Shown here: piece after piece, positions 14,718 to 24,467 of the stretch
Position numbering within the stretch: the first letter of the stretch is position 1
Layout: each line of letters starts with the position of its first letter
From: a virus
Taxonomy: Duplodnaviria > Caudoviricetes
Virus record (IMG/VR): IMGVR_UViG_3300049458_000012
Location: 1 to 64,000 of that record
Length of the DNA stretch: 64,000 nt
Strand: one strand, 5' to 3'
Made by a program: the position numbers and the translations under genes
Notes under the pieces: model-generated
What the model was told of the DNA's origin: nothing
What the model saw: only the letters and a program-made list of their open reading frames with translations
Databases searched by the model: none

Positions 14718-17528
14718 TTGCAACTGAAACGTTTATTCCTTACGCTGGCTGCGCTGTTCACGCTGGCGTTGCCTGTTTTTGCGAATCCTCCCACGCAGTC
14801 GTATCACCTCGTGCTCACGCCCTCGGGGAAAGCGGATTCGAGATTCCCGGATGGTAACGATGCTGCATTGCTGCACTGGGCAACGATCCCCGATATAACG
14901 GTCAACAACGGATCGAGTGGCAGCGTTAACCTGCGTTCGTTTTTGACGGAGCCGGGATCTCCGAACGCGGCACTGACGGTGGGGTGCACGACCTCGGCGC
15001 TGCCTACGGGCGGGTTCAGCTTCGCGGACCCAACGCTGACCTACACCACCACGACGACAACCGCGGTGGTGTGCACCGCAACCGCGACTCGTACGGGCGG
15101 TTCACCAGTCAACTCGTTTCAATTCAACTTAGTTTCCAACTCGGCGGCTGCTGCAGACACCACAGCGCCAATGACTCCGTCGATTGTGTCGGCCATATGT
15201 TCGACAACGACGAGCTGCGCGGTAACGATATTGCCGTTGAGTGATCCTTGCGTATCGGGGGCGTCCACCTCGGGGCTGAAGGACATTCGCCTCTACCGCA
15301 ACGCGGCGCTGATCAATACGCAGACCGTGAGTGTGGGCCTCAGCCCTTGCTTAGTTCCAACTTCGATCGGTAATGCGAGCAGTGTTTCGACCTCGCAGAC
15401 CGGGGCCAATTGGCAGGCCACGCTGACCTCGGGAGACTTTTACAGCACGGCCAGCAATGGTGTGTTGCTGACGCCTGCGGTCTCGTTGTCGGGCGACTTG
15501 GACATTGTTACCTACACCTCCAGCTTCCCGACCACTAATTACTCCTTCGCCAAGATTGGCCCGATCTTCGCGAAGACGTTGGATTCACCGCAGCAGGCGA
15601 TCTGGGGCGTGCAGTTCCCGGTCACGGCGGGGTTGGGCAACGGCGTCAACCTCGAACAACGAGCCACGGCGGGTGGAGCCGCTACGCAGCAAGCGCGCGT
15701 GGCCAACGTTGGCCCGGGTTGCCTGTGGATGCACCGCACCGCGGCCACCAGTACGTTCCAGCTCTATAGCTCCCCGGATTGCAACTCGTGGGTGACGCGC
15801 CAGTCCTCCACGATGACGCTGGCAGACCCGGTCTTCCCAGGGGTGATGTGGGGGCAGACGAATGCAGCGGCGATGACCGTGACGCAGCGCGTCTCCATCA
15901 ATAACCTTGCGCAGTACACGTTCACCGATACTGGACGATCGCCCAGCACGACCTACACATACACGGTCGATGCACGCGACAACGCGAGCACGCCGAATGT
16001 GTCCACGATCTCGGCGGGAGTGGCCGCTACAACGCAGGGATCGGCGCCCGCGGTGGAGGCGTGGCCTCGATTGGGTGCGGTGGTAACGGGCGGCAGCCCA
16101 CGTGACTATTGTTCAGACCCGTCTGTCCAGTGGCAATCGCGCATGTCGGTTGTTATTACGAATATATGGAACGGGTGGCAAGCCACTTGCACGGTTCGCA
16201 CCTGGGGACAGAGTGTGCAGGCGGTGCACGATCAATCCCCGCTGAGCGTTCCAACGCGCATCTTCTCTTATTACAATGCCACCCAGGGTTCGAACTCCTC
16301 TAGTGGGGTGGATGCGAACTTGAATGCGGCCATGAACGCCAACAACTGGTGGCTGCGCACGACATACCCGTCTGGATCAATAGTGCCGGGGTTCTGGTCT
16401 TCGAGTTTGAATGTCTTCAATTTGTATTATCCGGGCGGCAACAACGATGGTGCGGGCCGCACGATGTGGCAGTGGCTCGGGCGGTATTTCCTGGATGTGA
16501 ACTATTGCGGCGGGTGCAGTGGGCTCGCTACGAGCGGCAACGCTGCGGCGCCAGCCCTCGCGGGCGTTTATGCGGATGACTTGGCCCACAGTCCACAAGT
16601 AAGTGGCGACTTCAATCGTGACGGCACGTCGGACAGTTCCGGGAATCAAACCTTTTGGCCCGGGTGGCGTGTGGGCGGAAGGCGCATCATGGATGAGATC
16701 ACCACTATAACGCCCACGCTGAAGAAAGCGGCGAATGTGGGCGGCGCATACAGTGATTCGTCCATCGCGAATGGCGCTGAGTTCATCGGGTACTATGACG
16801 TCGTGTTCATGGAAAACCTGATGGGCCAGCAGTATTTGGAATATTACAACGGGTTCGATGGAGTCGTGGCCGGGGAAATCAATGAGTTCAAACTCCTGAA
16901 CCCCAACGGCCTCAAGCAAGCGATCTTCAACCATCACATCAGCGCCGCGAATGGCACAGACTACTCCGACGCCACCCCTTATCGGGCGGCATGGTATGGG
17001 ATGACCACGGCTTGGGTCACGAACGACGGTTATTACTCCGCGGACATTGCCGCGGGCCTCAACTTCACCCAATACAACATCAACGATCGCGTATGGTTCG
17101 ATTACTACGCAATCAACCCCTCCACGGGCGTGCCGGTGAGCATGGGGAGCGCAACCAACTCCTCGCTGAAGTGGCTCGGAGCCGCCACCGGGGCGATGCA
17201 AACGGTTGCGGGCACCGGGACGGATGGCATTCGCATTCGCTTCTATGCGAACGGCTTTTGTGCGGTGAATCCGAAAGGCAACGGCACGCAGGGGCTGACG
17301 ACAGCCGCGGTTGGAGGAGCGGGCCTGTATGAGCGCGTGCACGGTACGCAGCGACAAAGTTGGGATGACGGCACAACGTTCAACAGCACGCTGTCGATGC
17401 CCGCGCGAGACGGGATCTGCATGCGCAAGCTCTATATGTGGCTGATGCTGCTGTTGCTACCGAATCTGTGGCGCCGACGTCGGGCTGCGAATGACGATTT
17501 TTTCAATGCGCGAAGGAGGGCAGCATGA
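14718..17528 (+). CDS. Exported multidomain protein: signal peptide, FN3/Ig-like domains, putative GHL15-type glycoside hydrolase, C-terminal hydrophobic anchor
   Basis: GAGGAG then TTG 14718; MQLKRLFLTLAALFTLALPVFA signal; YTYTVDARDNA FN3 motif; C-terminal RFYANGFCAVNPKG...SMPARDG resembles the GHL15 C-terminus; LYMWLMLLLLPNLW-RRRR tail. Confidence 0.65.
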   Translation: MQLKRLFLTLAALFTLALPVFANPPTQSYHLVLTPSGKADSRFPDGNDAALLHWATIPDITVNNGSSGSVNLRSFLTEPGSPNAALTVGCTTSALPTGGFSFADPTLTYTTTTTTAVVCTATATRTGGSPVNSFQFNLVSNSAAAADTTAPMTPSIVSAICSTTTSCAVTILPLSDPCVSGASTSGLKDIRLYRNAALINTQTVSVGLSPCLVPTSIGNASSVSTSQTGANWQATLTSGDFYSTASNGVLLTPAVSLSGDLDIVTYTSSFPTTNYSFAKIGPIFAKTLDSPQQAIWGVQFPVTAGLGNGVNLEQRATAGGAATQQARVANVGPGCLWMHRTAATSTFQLYSSPDCNSWVTRQSSTMTLADPVFPGVMWGQTNAAAMTVTQRVSINNLAQYTFTDTGRSPSTTYTYTVDARDNASTPNVSTISAGVAATTQGSAPAVEAWPRLGAVVTGGSPRDYCSDPSVQWQSRMSVVITNIWNGWQATCTVRTWGQSVQAVHDQSPLSVPTRIFSYYNATQGSNSSSGVDANLNAAMNANNWWLRTTYPSGSIVPGFWSSSLNVFNLYYPGGNNDGAGRTMWQWLGRYFLDVNYCGGCSGLATSGNAAAPALAGVYADDLAHSPQVSGDFNRDGTSDSSGNQTFWPGWRVGGRRIMDEITTITPTLKKAANVGGAYSDSSIANGAEFIGYYDVVFMENLMGQQYLEYYNGFDGVVAGEINEFKLLNPNGLKQAIFNHHISAANGTDYSDATPYRAAWYGMTTAWVTNDGYYSADIAAGLNFTQYNINDRVWFDYYAINPSTGVPVSMGSATNSSLKWLGAATGAMQTVAGTGTDGIRIRFYANGFCAVNPKGNGTQGLTTAAVGGAGLYERVHGTQRQSWDDGTTFNSTLSMPARDGICMRKLYMWLMLLLLPNLWRRRRAANDDFFNARRRAA

Positions 17529-19738
17529 ACACTCGTGTATTCTTGCGTGGAGTGCTGTGCGCCTTAGCGCTGACATTGTTCGTGCCACGCTTGGCACTCG
17601 GCACAGCGAGTGTTTTGCAAACCGGCCACGCCGAGACCGCGAGCGGCGTGGCGACGTTCACTGTGACCCCAACGGGCTTGACGGCGGGAAGTCTGGTTGA
17701 GGTCTGCTCTGAACTCAACCGCAACAATACGGTCAGCTCGGTCAGTGGCTCGGTCAACGGGAGTTACACGGTAACGGGAGCGGATGCGGATGACGGAACC
17801 GCGCGACGGTTGTCTTGTTGGCGGAAGGAGAACGTTGCGGCGGGAAGTGAAATAATCACCTTCACTTACAACTCCTCCACCAGTGCCCCGGGCATCGCGT
17901 GGGTTGAGGTTGGAGGGGTGAAAACCAGCTCCGCGTTGGACATCGCTGCGAGTGGACGCGCACAGACGACGCCAACCACGGGTACGGATCTCGTGGTGAG
18001 CAATGCAGCCACGAGCACCGCGCAACCTGCCATCATTATTAGTTTCAGCGGTGCGGTGTTCGCCAATGGACCTGCTGCAGGCACCGGGTTCACTAGCGCG
18101 GCCCTGGTCGATTGGGGCGGCACGGGCCCGGGTGGACAGGTCCGTATTGAGTCCAAGCGCATCACGGCCACGGGGTCGCAGACCTCTACTTTCACTGCCA
18201 CCTCCAACGTGACGCACCTCACCACGATGGCGGTGTTCGATGAGCTGACGGTAACGAATCCAACGTTCACTTCCGCGCCCGCGTTCTCTTCACGCACCAC
18301 CAGCTCGATAGTCGATGCATCGACTGCGAGTGAGACGGGTACGTATTATGGCGTGCTGGTCACCAGTGGATCGGGCGCACCGAGCTGCACCCAGGTGAAG
18401 GCGGGCCAGGATAGTACCAGCTCCTTCGCGTATGCGGCCAACAGTGTGGCGGAGACGGCCACAGTGAGCGCGAACCTGACTTTTGGATCGTTGACGAGTG
18501 GGACGGTGAAGGACGGTTACTTTTGCGTGCATGGCACGGTTAGTAATCTGGACAGCACGGTCTCTTCGATCCTGAATCAGTACAAGACGCCCGCATTCTC
18601 TGTGGCTCCGTCCGTGACGGCGCGCAGCACGACCTCGTACACCGTGGGGCAGACGCTTGATGGTGCGGGCTCGGTGGCCCTCGTCACATGCAAAACGCCC
18701 GACACCGCCCCCACGGGCACCCAGGTGAAAGCGGGCCAGTGCACGGGGAACGTCACCGCGACCTCTTCCGCCACCAAATCGACAACGGGCGCCGACACGG
18801 AGACCTTATCCGGGCTGGACACGACCATTCGCCCGATCTATACGGTGTACGAGGTGGGCACCTATGGCTCGATTGATTCCGCGGTGACGGCGATAGCCTC
18901 ACAGTTGTTGTCGGCTCCCGCGGGCCAGCAATACATTGTGGCTGCGGCCCTCCCGTGGCCCGGAGGCGCGAATTCGGTCTTTGCGAATATATCCCCCGCG
19001 GTCGTCAATGGGGACGTGTGGCAAGCGCCGTTGGTGGCGTCTCCGAGCCCCAGCAACTATGCCATTACACAAGGCACCGATGGCACCTTTCAGATCGCCA
19101 CCGCGGGGGATCAATCGCGCCAGTCTTTCGTCTCCAACGTGTATGACGTGTCGGTGGATGCTTGGTCTGGAACGTTCACCTCGTACGTCAACGATCAATC
19201 ACCCGTTTGTACGGGGCTGCCTTCGAGCCCTGGCGGCGCTCCCGGAGTTACGACAACGCAGACGGGCGTAGCACTAACTCCGATCGATTGGAATACGTTC
19301 TTCACGGATGCGGAGAACGATGCGCTCACAATTTCGCTGTCGCCTTCGTCCTTGAACTCGATCCCCTTGAACTTGGGGCTGAGCAGCGGAGTATTGTCGG
19401 GCTCGATCGCCGCAGCGGGCACCTCGTTGCTGACGTTTCGAGCGACAGACATTGCCGCGGAGCACACGGACTGCGCCGCTTGGTCGATTTCAGCATTCAC
19501 CACGGTCACCGTGCCGTCGGTTGTTGGGCAGAGCTTCTCCGCGGCTAGCAGCACTTTGACGGGGCTGCAGTTGACCGTGCCCGCAGAGCAACAGATCTAC
19601 CGTTGCCGTCGAAAGACCGCATATGACCAGATCCTGAATCAAACTCCCTCCGCTGGCGCCGTGGTCAACCCATTCACGACCATGCAATTGACGGTCGCCA
19701 AGGCTTGTGCATTCTTCAACGCTCCGGTGGTCCAATGA
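17525..19738 (+). CDS. Exported Ser/Thr-rich protein with an Ig-like (He_PIG-type) domain and a C-terminal PASTA domain
   Basis: Signal peptide ending LALG; FTDAENDAL...LSSGVLSG..FRATD Ig motif; VTVPSVVGQSFSAASSTL..LQL...ILNQTPSAGAVV...MQLTV PASTA pattern. Confidence 0.65.
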   Translation: MNTRVFLRGVLCALALTLFVPRLALGTASVLQTGHAETASGVATFTVTPTGLTAGSLVEVCSELNRNNTVSSVSGSVNGSYTVTGADADDGTARRLSCWRKENVAAGSEIITFTYNSSTSAPGIAWVEVGGVKTSSALDIAASGRAQTTPTTGTDLVVSNAATSTAQPAIIISFSGAVFANGPAAGTGFTSAALVDWGGTGPGGQVRIESKRITATGSQTSTFTATSNVTHLTTMAVFDELTVTNPTFTSAPAFSSRTTSSIVDASTASETGTYYGVLVTSGSGAPSCTQVKAGQDSTSSFAYAANSVAETATVSANLTFGSLTSGTVKDGYFCVHGTVSNLDSTVSSILNQYKTPAFSVAPSVTARSTTSYTVGQTLDGAGSVALVTCKTPDTAPTGTQVKAGQCTGNVTATSSATKSTTGADTETLSGLDTTIRPIYTVYEVGTYGSIDSAVTAIASQLLSAPAGQQYIVAAALPWPGGANSVFANISPAVVNGDVWQAPLVASPSPSNYAITQGTDGTFQIATAGDQSRQSFVSNVYDVSVDAWSGTFTSYVNDQSPVCTGLPSSPGGAPGVTTTQTGVALTPIDWNTFFTDAENDALTISLSPSSLNSIPLNLGLSSGVLSGSIAAAGTSLLTFRATDIAAEHTDCAAWSISAFTTVTVPSVVGQSFSAASSTLTGLQLTVPAEQQIYRCRRKTAYDQILNQTPSAGAVVNPFTTMQLTVAKACAFFNAPVVQ

Positions 19739-21084
19739 GCATACAAACATTGCCTATTGAGAGTTCGGTCACAATCCGGATTCTCGTCAATGCGCCGGAC
19801 ACAGGGCTGCCTGCGCCAGCGGACTTCGCCCCAACAATCGATATCTTCGATGGGGCCTCTGCGGTGCCCGTGTTGGCGGGCATTGTCTCCGCACCAGTGG
19901 GGGCGATCGTTGGGGATTATTCCGCGGTGCTGCCGTTCACCACAGCCAACACGTTTCAGACGGGTCACTCGTACACCGTGAAACGATATGTGACGATCGG
20001 TGGGGACGTCTTCACATACTCGGACGGCACGTATTTGCTGACCGCGGTGAATGTGGCGCAGTCCGTGGACAACGCAACCGGCATTGCGGCCATCAAGGCG
20101 AAGACCGACAACTTGCCTTCAGACCCCGCGGACGAATCGCTCATCATTGCGGCCACCACGGCCCTGGCCAACTCGATTGCGGCCCTGGCCGCGACTCTCG
20201 GGGCGCCCGTAACTACGATCGCGGGCGACATTGGGGCGGTGAAGACAGTGAGCGATACGCTGTCAACGCGGTTGACGCCCACTCGGGCGGGATACTTGGA
20301 CAACTTATCAGCGGGCGCGGTGGCCCTCGCCACTACGGCGGCTGCGATCAAGGCGAAAACGGATAACTTGCCCGCGGCGCCGGCAGACGAAACATTGATC
20401 ATTGCGGCCACTAATGGCATTGTCGCCCTCATCAATGCGTTGACGGCCACGCTTGGCGCTCCCGTCACCACGATCGCGGGCGACATTGGCGCGGCGAAAG
20501 CGGATACAGGGACGTTGATCACGCGGCTCACGGGCGCGCGAGCGGGATTCCTGGATAACTTGTCTGCGGGTGCGGCAGCGCTGGAGGCCACTGCCCAGTT
20601 GATCAAGGCGAAGACGGATGGGCTGCCCGCGGCCCCCGCGGATGAAACGGCAATCATTGCTGCCATCACCGCGGTCATGACTCGATTGGGTGTGCCTGCG
20701 AACGTTACCATTGCGACCGATATCGCGGGATTGGGCGCGAGACTTCCGGATGTGTTGGTGGGTGGATTTTTGAAGGTGGTGGTGCAGCAGATCGCCAACG
20801 GGGTTATCACGACGCCAGCTTTCGCGGCCAACGCGATCGACGCCACAGTGCTGGCGGCATCCGCAGCGACGGAGATCGCTACCGCGGTGCGCAACCTCGT
20901 CGTTGAGGTGAATGGCAACCGTACATTGCAGCAGGCTCTCTCCATCATCCTCTCCTTCGCCGCGGGCATCACGACGGGCGGAGGCAACACGCTCAAGGAC
21001 CCGAGCGGCACGGACGTTCGTATAGCGGCAGTGACGAATTCGAGTAATGAGCGCATCGGCATCAACTTGACACCGAGCCCGTAA
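19735..21084 (+). CDS. Ala-rich protein with 85-aa tandem repeats (probable virion-associated)
   Basis: IKAKTDNLP..PADE motif at nt 20092, 20347 and 20602 (255-nt period). Confidence 0.7.
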   Translation: MSIQTLPIESSVTIRILVNAPDTGLPAPADFAPTIDIFDGASAVPVLAGIVSAPVGAIVGDYSAVLPFTTANTFQTGHSYTVKRYVTIGGDVFTYSDGTYLLTAVNVAQSVDNATGIAAIKAKTDNLPSDPADESLIIAATTALANSIAALAATLGAPVTTIAGDIGAVKTVSDTLSTRLTPTRAGYLDNLSAGAVALATTAAAIKAKTDNLPAAPADETLIIAATNGIVALINALTATLGAPVTTIAGDIGAAKADTGTLITRLTGARAGFLDNLSAGAAALEATAQLIKAKTDGLPAAPADETAIIAAITAVMTRLGVPANVTIATDIAGLGARLPDVLVGGFLKVVVQQIANGVITTPAFAANAIDATVLAASAATEIATAVRNLVVEVNGNRTLQQALSIILSFAAGITTGGGNTLKDPSGTDVRIAAVTNSSNERIGINLTPSP

Positions 21085-21091
21085 GTGCCTC

Positions 21092-21556
21092 ATGGGTTAC
21101 CTAGCTTCAAACTACCTACCGGCGCACTACTTCAACACGCATTACTTTGCGACGGAGGGAGGCACCTCTCCGCCCGGGTTGGATGCGCAGTTTGGTTTTG
21201 CAGACATCAATGTGTACAGCACCACGGGGCTGCCCGTCGCGCGCTCCGCGTTCATTGAGAAGTCCGCGTGCATCGTGACCATTGGTTACTTCAATGGGCT
21301 GGGGGCGCCGTTCGTGCCCAATATTGTGACATATCAAGTGCTCGATGTGATCAGCAAAAAGATCCTCGTGCCCGCCACGGCGCTGATCCCGGCCTTGATC
21401 AATAAGATCACCATCACCGCCGCCCAGAACGCTATGGTTAGTTTGACGCGGGACTCGGAAGGGCACCAAGTGCTCTTCCAGATAACGGACGCCACGGGCA
21501 ACGTTAGTTACGCGCTGGATGAATACGACTTGCTGCGTGTGCCGGGAGCGGTGTAA
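21092..21556 (+). CDS. Hypothetical protein
   Basis: 154 aa; TAATG-coupled to the portal gene. Confidence 0.65.
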   Translation: MGYLASNYLPAHYFNTHYFATEGGTSPPGLDAQFGFADINVYSTTGLPVARSAFIEKSACIVTIGYFNGLGAPFVPNIVTYQVLDVISKKILVPATALIPALINKITITAAQNAMVSLTRDSEGHQVLFQITDATGNVSYALDEYDLLRVPGAV

Positions 21557-23124
21557 TGGCCACCGACACGCCCACCGGGATCTTCGCAGGCTTCAACGGC
21601 TCGGCACTATCGACCGTGCTGAAAGACTTGCTGATGGAGGACAGCATTGAGCCAGGCTCGGATGCGTCCTACCAGTTGTGCAAAACGCTGTACCTCTATC
21701 ACCCGCTGGGGCAGAAGATGGCGGACGCGCCATTGACGATGGCCCAGAGCCAAGCCCGCACGATCACCGTGCAAAGCGCTCCGGACGAAGTGGTGAAGGC
21801 GTTCACCGATCAATGGGACAAGGACAACTGCGACGGTTATATCCACAACGTCTACAGTTTGTCCCGGGTGTACGGCATCGCCTCCATCACCCTCGGGTGT
21901 GAGGGGAAAGCGGCGGATATTTTCCTGGAGCCTGCTGAGTATTGGCAGCTGCCTTTGTTCTTCAACGTCCTCGATCCTCTCAATACCGCGGGCTCGCTCG
22001 TACTGAATCAGGTGCCGACTGCAGCGGACTTCAACAAGCCCGTCGCGGTGCGCACCAATGGGGCAACGTTTCACCGCTCCCGGTACCAAGTGGTGATGAA
22101 CGAAACGCCCGTGTATCTTGCATACACCACTGCGGCATTCGGATTCGTTGGCCGTAGCGTGTACCAGCGGGCCCTTTTCCCGTTGAAGTCGTTTGTGCGA
22201 TCGATGATTGCAGACGACATGATAGAAACGAAGCTCGGGCTGCTCGTCGCGAAGCAGGAGCAATCGGGCTCGGTGCTGGACGCGGTGATGGCGAAGATTG
22301 TTGGCCTGAAGCGCTCCTTACTGAAGCAAGCGCAAACGGGCCAAGTGTTGTCGATCGGAGTTGAGGAGGATATCGAAACCCTCAACATGATGAATGTGGA
22401 CGGGGCGGGCGGATTCGCTCGCACCAACATCCTGAAGAACATCGCCACAGCCGCGGATATGCCCGCGAAGCTGTTGGAGAATGAGACGCTGGTGCAAGGA
22501 TTCGGAGAAGGCACAGAGGATGCGAAGAATATTGCGCGGTATGTCGGGTCTGTGCGCAAGAAAATGGACCCAACTTACCGCTGGTTCGACAACATCGTGC
22601 AGTACCGGGCGTGGAATCCGGACTTTGTGCTGCGGATGCAAAGCAAATACCCCCAGCAGTACGGTGGGCGCTCCTATTTCGACGTCTTCGCGGAGTGGCG
22701 GGCAACGTTCACCGCAGAGTGGCCTTCGCTGCTGATCGAGCCGGAAAGCGAAGAGGTGAAGGTTGAAGACACGAAGTTGAAGGCCATCACCTCGGTCGTG
22801 GAAGTGCTGCTGCCGGAGATGGACCCAGACAATAAGGTGCGCGTGATCGAGTGGATGGCGAACAACCTGGGCGAGAATAAGCGCATGTTCGCGCATGACT
22901 TGATCCTGGATTACGTCGGCTTGGGCGAGCACCAAAACGAGCAACTGGAAAACGAGCGCGCCAACGAAGAGGCGCAACGAGAGGCTGCACGCCTCGGACT
23001 CAATGCTGGCGAAGCCGAGCCGGGTGAAGGTGGGGAAGAGGGTGCGCCGCCCGGGAAGAAGGGGGACGAGAAGCAACCCCCGGTGCGTAAACTAGCGGCG
23101 ATGAAGTTGGCGGGAAAGAAGTAG
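21556..23124 (+). CDS. Portal protein (DUF1073 / Bcep781-like)
   Basis: 522 aa; IEPGSDASYQLCKTLYLYHPLG, FGEGTEDAK motifs; position ahead of the head genes. Confidence 0.85.
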   Translation: MATDTPTGIFAGFNGSALSTVLKDLLMEDSIEPGSDASYQLCKTLYLYHPLGQKMADAPLTMAQSQARTITVQSAPDEVVKAFTDQWDKDNCDGYIHNVYSLSRVYGIASITLGCEGKAADIFLEPAEYWQLPLFFNVLDPLNTAGSLVLNQVPTAADFNKPVAVRTNGATFHRSRYQVVMNETPVYLAYTTAAFGFVGRSVYQRALFPLKSFVRSMIADDMIETKLGLLVAKQEQSGSVLDAVMAKIVGLKRSLLKQAQTGQVLSIGVEEDIETLNMMNVDGAGGFARTNILKNIATAADMPAKLLENETLVQGFGEGTEDAKNIARYVGSVRKKMDPTYRWFDNIVQYRAWNPDFVLRMQSKYPQQYGGRSYFDVFAEWRATFTAEWPSLLIEPESEEVKVEDTKLKAITSVVEVLLPEMDPDNKVRVIEWMANNLGENKRMFAHDLILDYVGLGEHQNEQLENERANEEAQREAARLGLNAGEAEPGEGGEEGAPPGKKGDEKQPPVRKLAAMKLAGKK

Positions 23125-23128
23125 CCAT

Positions 23129-23971
23129 TTGGCCAAGTTCTCCAGCCAGTTCTACACCGTGCTCACCGACGCCGTGGCAGACCTCGCGGAGCATGGCTTC
23201 GATTCGCAGAAGCGCTTGGACGCCTGGCTCCAACGCCTGGAGATCGCGGCCCGTGGGGCCTTGGTGGACCCCTCGGTGCTGCAGCGCGAGGTGTGTGAGG
23301 CGTTGGCCCAGACCTACAAGCGCACTGTGGAGGGCCGTGGGCTGGTGCGTTTGCACAAAGGCGTGAGCGAATTCACCCTGGCCTCCATTAAGCCGAAGCT
23401 GCGTGCGGAGCTGGATAGACGAGTGCTGGCCTCCGCGCAGTTGATAAAGCTCAACCGTGAAGCCTCGATCCGTCGCACCTTGCAGCGCTTCGCGGGCTGG
23501 GCCACTTCGGTGCCCGCGGGCGGTACGGATGTTGTACAGCGGAAGAAGACGGTGGACTCGGTCCGCAAAGGCATTGCTGCGCTGCCGTTCGAAGAGCGTC
23601 GAGTGGTGATTGATCAGGGACACAAGCTCAACTCCGCGGTGAACGATATCGTGGCCCGGGATGGAGGTGCGATCGCCGCGAAGTGGCGTCATGTCATGGA
23701 GCGTGGGGCCGGGTACAAACCGCGTCCGGAGCACGTTGCTCGCAACAACTTGGTCTATGTGCTGCGAGATTGCTGGGCGATGCGCGACGGATTGATGAAG
23801 CTCGCGGGCGCCCAGTACTCGGATGAAGTGACGCAGCCCGGGGAAGAGGTCTTTTGCCGCTGCACGTACGAGTATCTGTACAACCTGCGTGATCTTCCGC
23901 CCGCCATGCTTACGGTGAAGGGCCGTGAGGAGTTGGCGCGGGTGCGGGCGCAGATTGCGGGCTGGCGATGA
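23129..23971 (+). CDS. Minor head morphogenesis protein (MuF / SPP1 gp7-like, short form)
   Basis: After the portal; W.H...YKPRPEH and PGEEVFCRC motifs. Confidence 0.8.
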   Translation: MAKFSSQFYTVLTDAVADLAEHGFDSQKRLDAWLQRLEIAARGALVDPSVLQREVCEALAQTYKRTVEGRGLVRLHKGVSEFTLASIKPKLRAELDRRVLASAQLIKLNREASIRRTLQRFAGWATSVPAGGTDVVQRKKTVDSVRKGIAALPFEERRVVIDQGHKLNSAVNDIVARDGGAIAAKWRHVMERGAGYKPRPEHVARNNLVYVLRDCWAMRDGLMKLAGAQYSDEVTQPGEEVFCRCTYEYLYNLRDLPPAMLTVKGREELARVRAQIAGWR

Positions 23972-24132
23972 CGGCCATTGTGTACACGCACCGCTTCCAG
24001 CCTACAGGGCTCGCGGGGTCCGCCTGCCAAGTTTGCCGTCAGCACCCATGGTATCGATTGCATCAAGTCGATGGCCGTCCAATTTCCCGTTGGGCCTTTG
24101 TCGCGAGTCTCGGGTGCAAGGCGATACGGTAA
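23968..24132 (+). CDS. Small CxxC protein (54 aa; not in the ORF track)
   Basis: ATGA and TAATG overlaps on both sides; CQVC..HP motif. Confidence 0.5.
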   Translation: MTAIVYTHRFQPTGLAGSACQVCRQHPWYRLHQVDGRPISRWAFVASLGCKAIR

Positions 24133-24467
24133 TGGATAAGCTGGATCAAATATTGTCCAAGTGCGATGCGGTTGGCGCGACACACTATTCAATTCCTAAC
24201 TCTTCGGTCATCTGTGGCAGCAACAGCAAAAGCGCCACGACTGATAAGGGGGCGGTGACATGCAAACGCTGCCGCCACCTGATGGGTTGGGATGTTGCGC
24301 GAAAGGATGCGCAATACACGCACAAGGTTGAAACAAACTTTGGCGGCTTGGCCAGTGAACACGGTTCGCGCGCGTTGGCCGAGAAAGCAGTCAGGCGGTA
24401 TGTTTCCCAAAGCAACGGCAAGTTGACCGAGAAGGACTTCCCCATCAGCGAGATTAAACGTCCATGA
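24132..24467 (+). CDS. Hypothetical protein with a His/Cys motif
   Basis: ATG 24132; THY..C...VTCKRC. Confidence 0.55.
   Translation: MDKLDQILSKCDAVGATHYSIPNSSVICGSNSKSATTDKGAVTCKRCRHLMGWDVARKDAQYTHKVETNFGGLASEHGSRALAEKAVRRYVSQSNGKLTEKDFPISEIKRP

Noticed and set aside
16377-21093. Long antisense ORFs (e.g. 16377-17357, 19965-21065, 20308-21093; also 27008-27853, 34929-35837, 57278-58210)
   Set aside because: Shadow frames of GC-rich genes; no motifs or RBS, and fully overlapped by well-supported genes
21556-23124. Anti-CBASS Acb1 (label sometimes attached to DUF1073 proteins)
   Set aside because: No 2H-phosphoesterase HxT motif pair seen; size and position fit a plain portal
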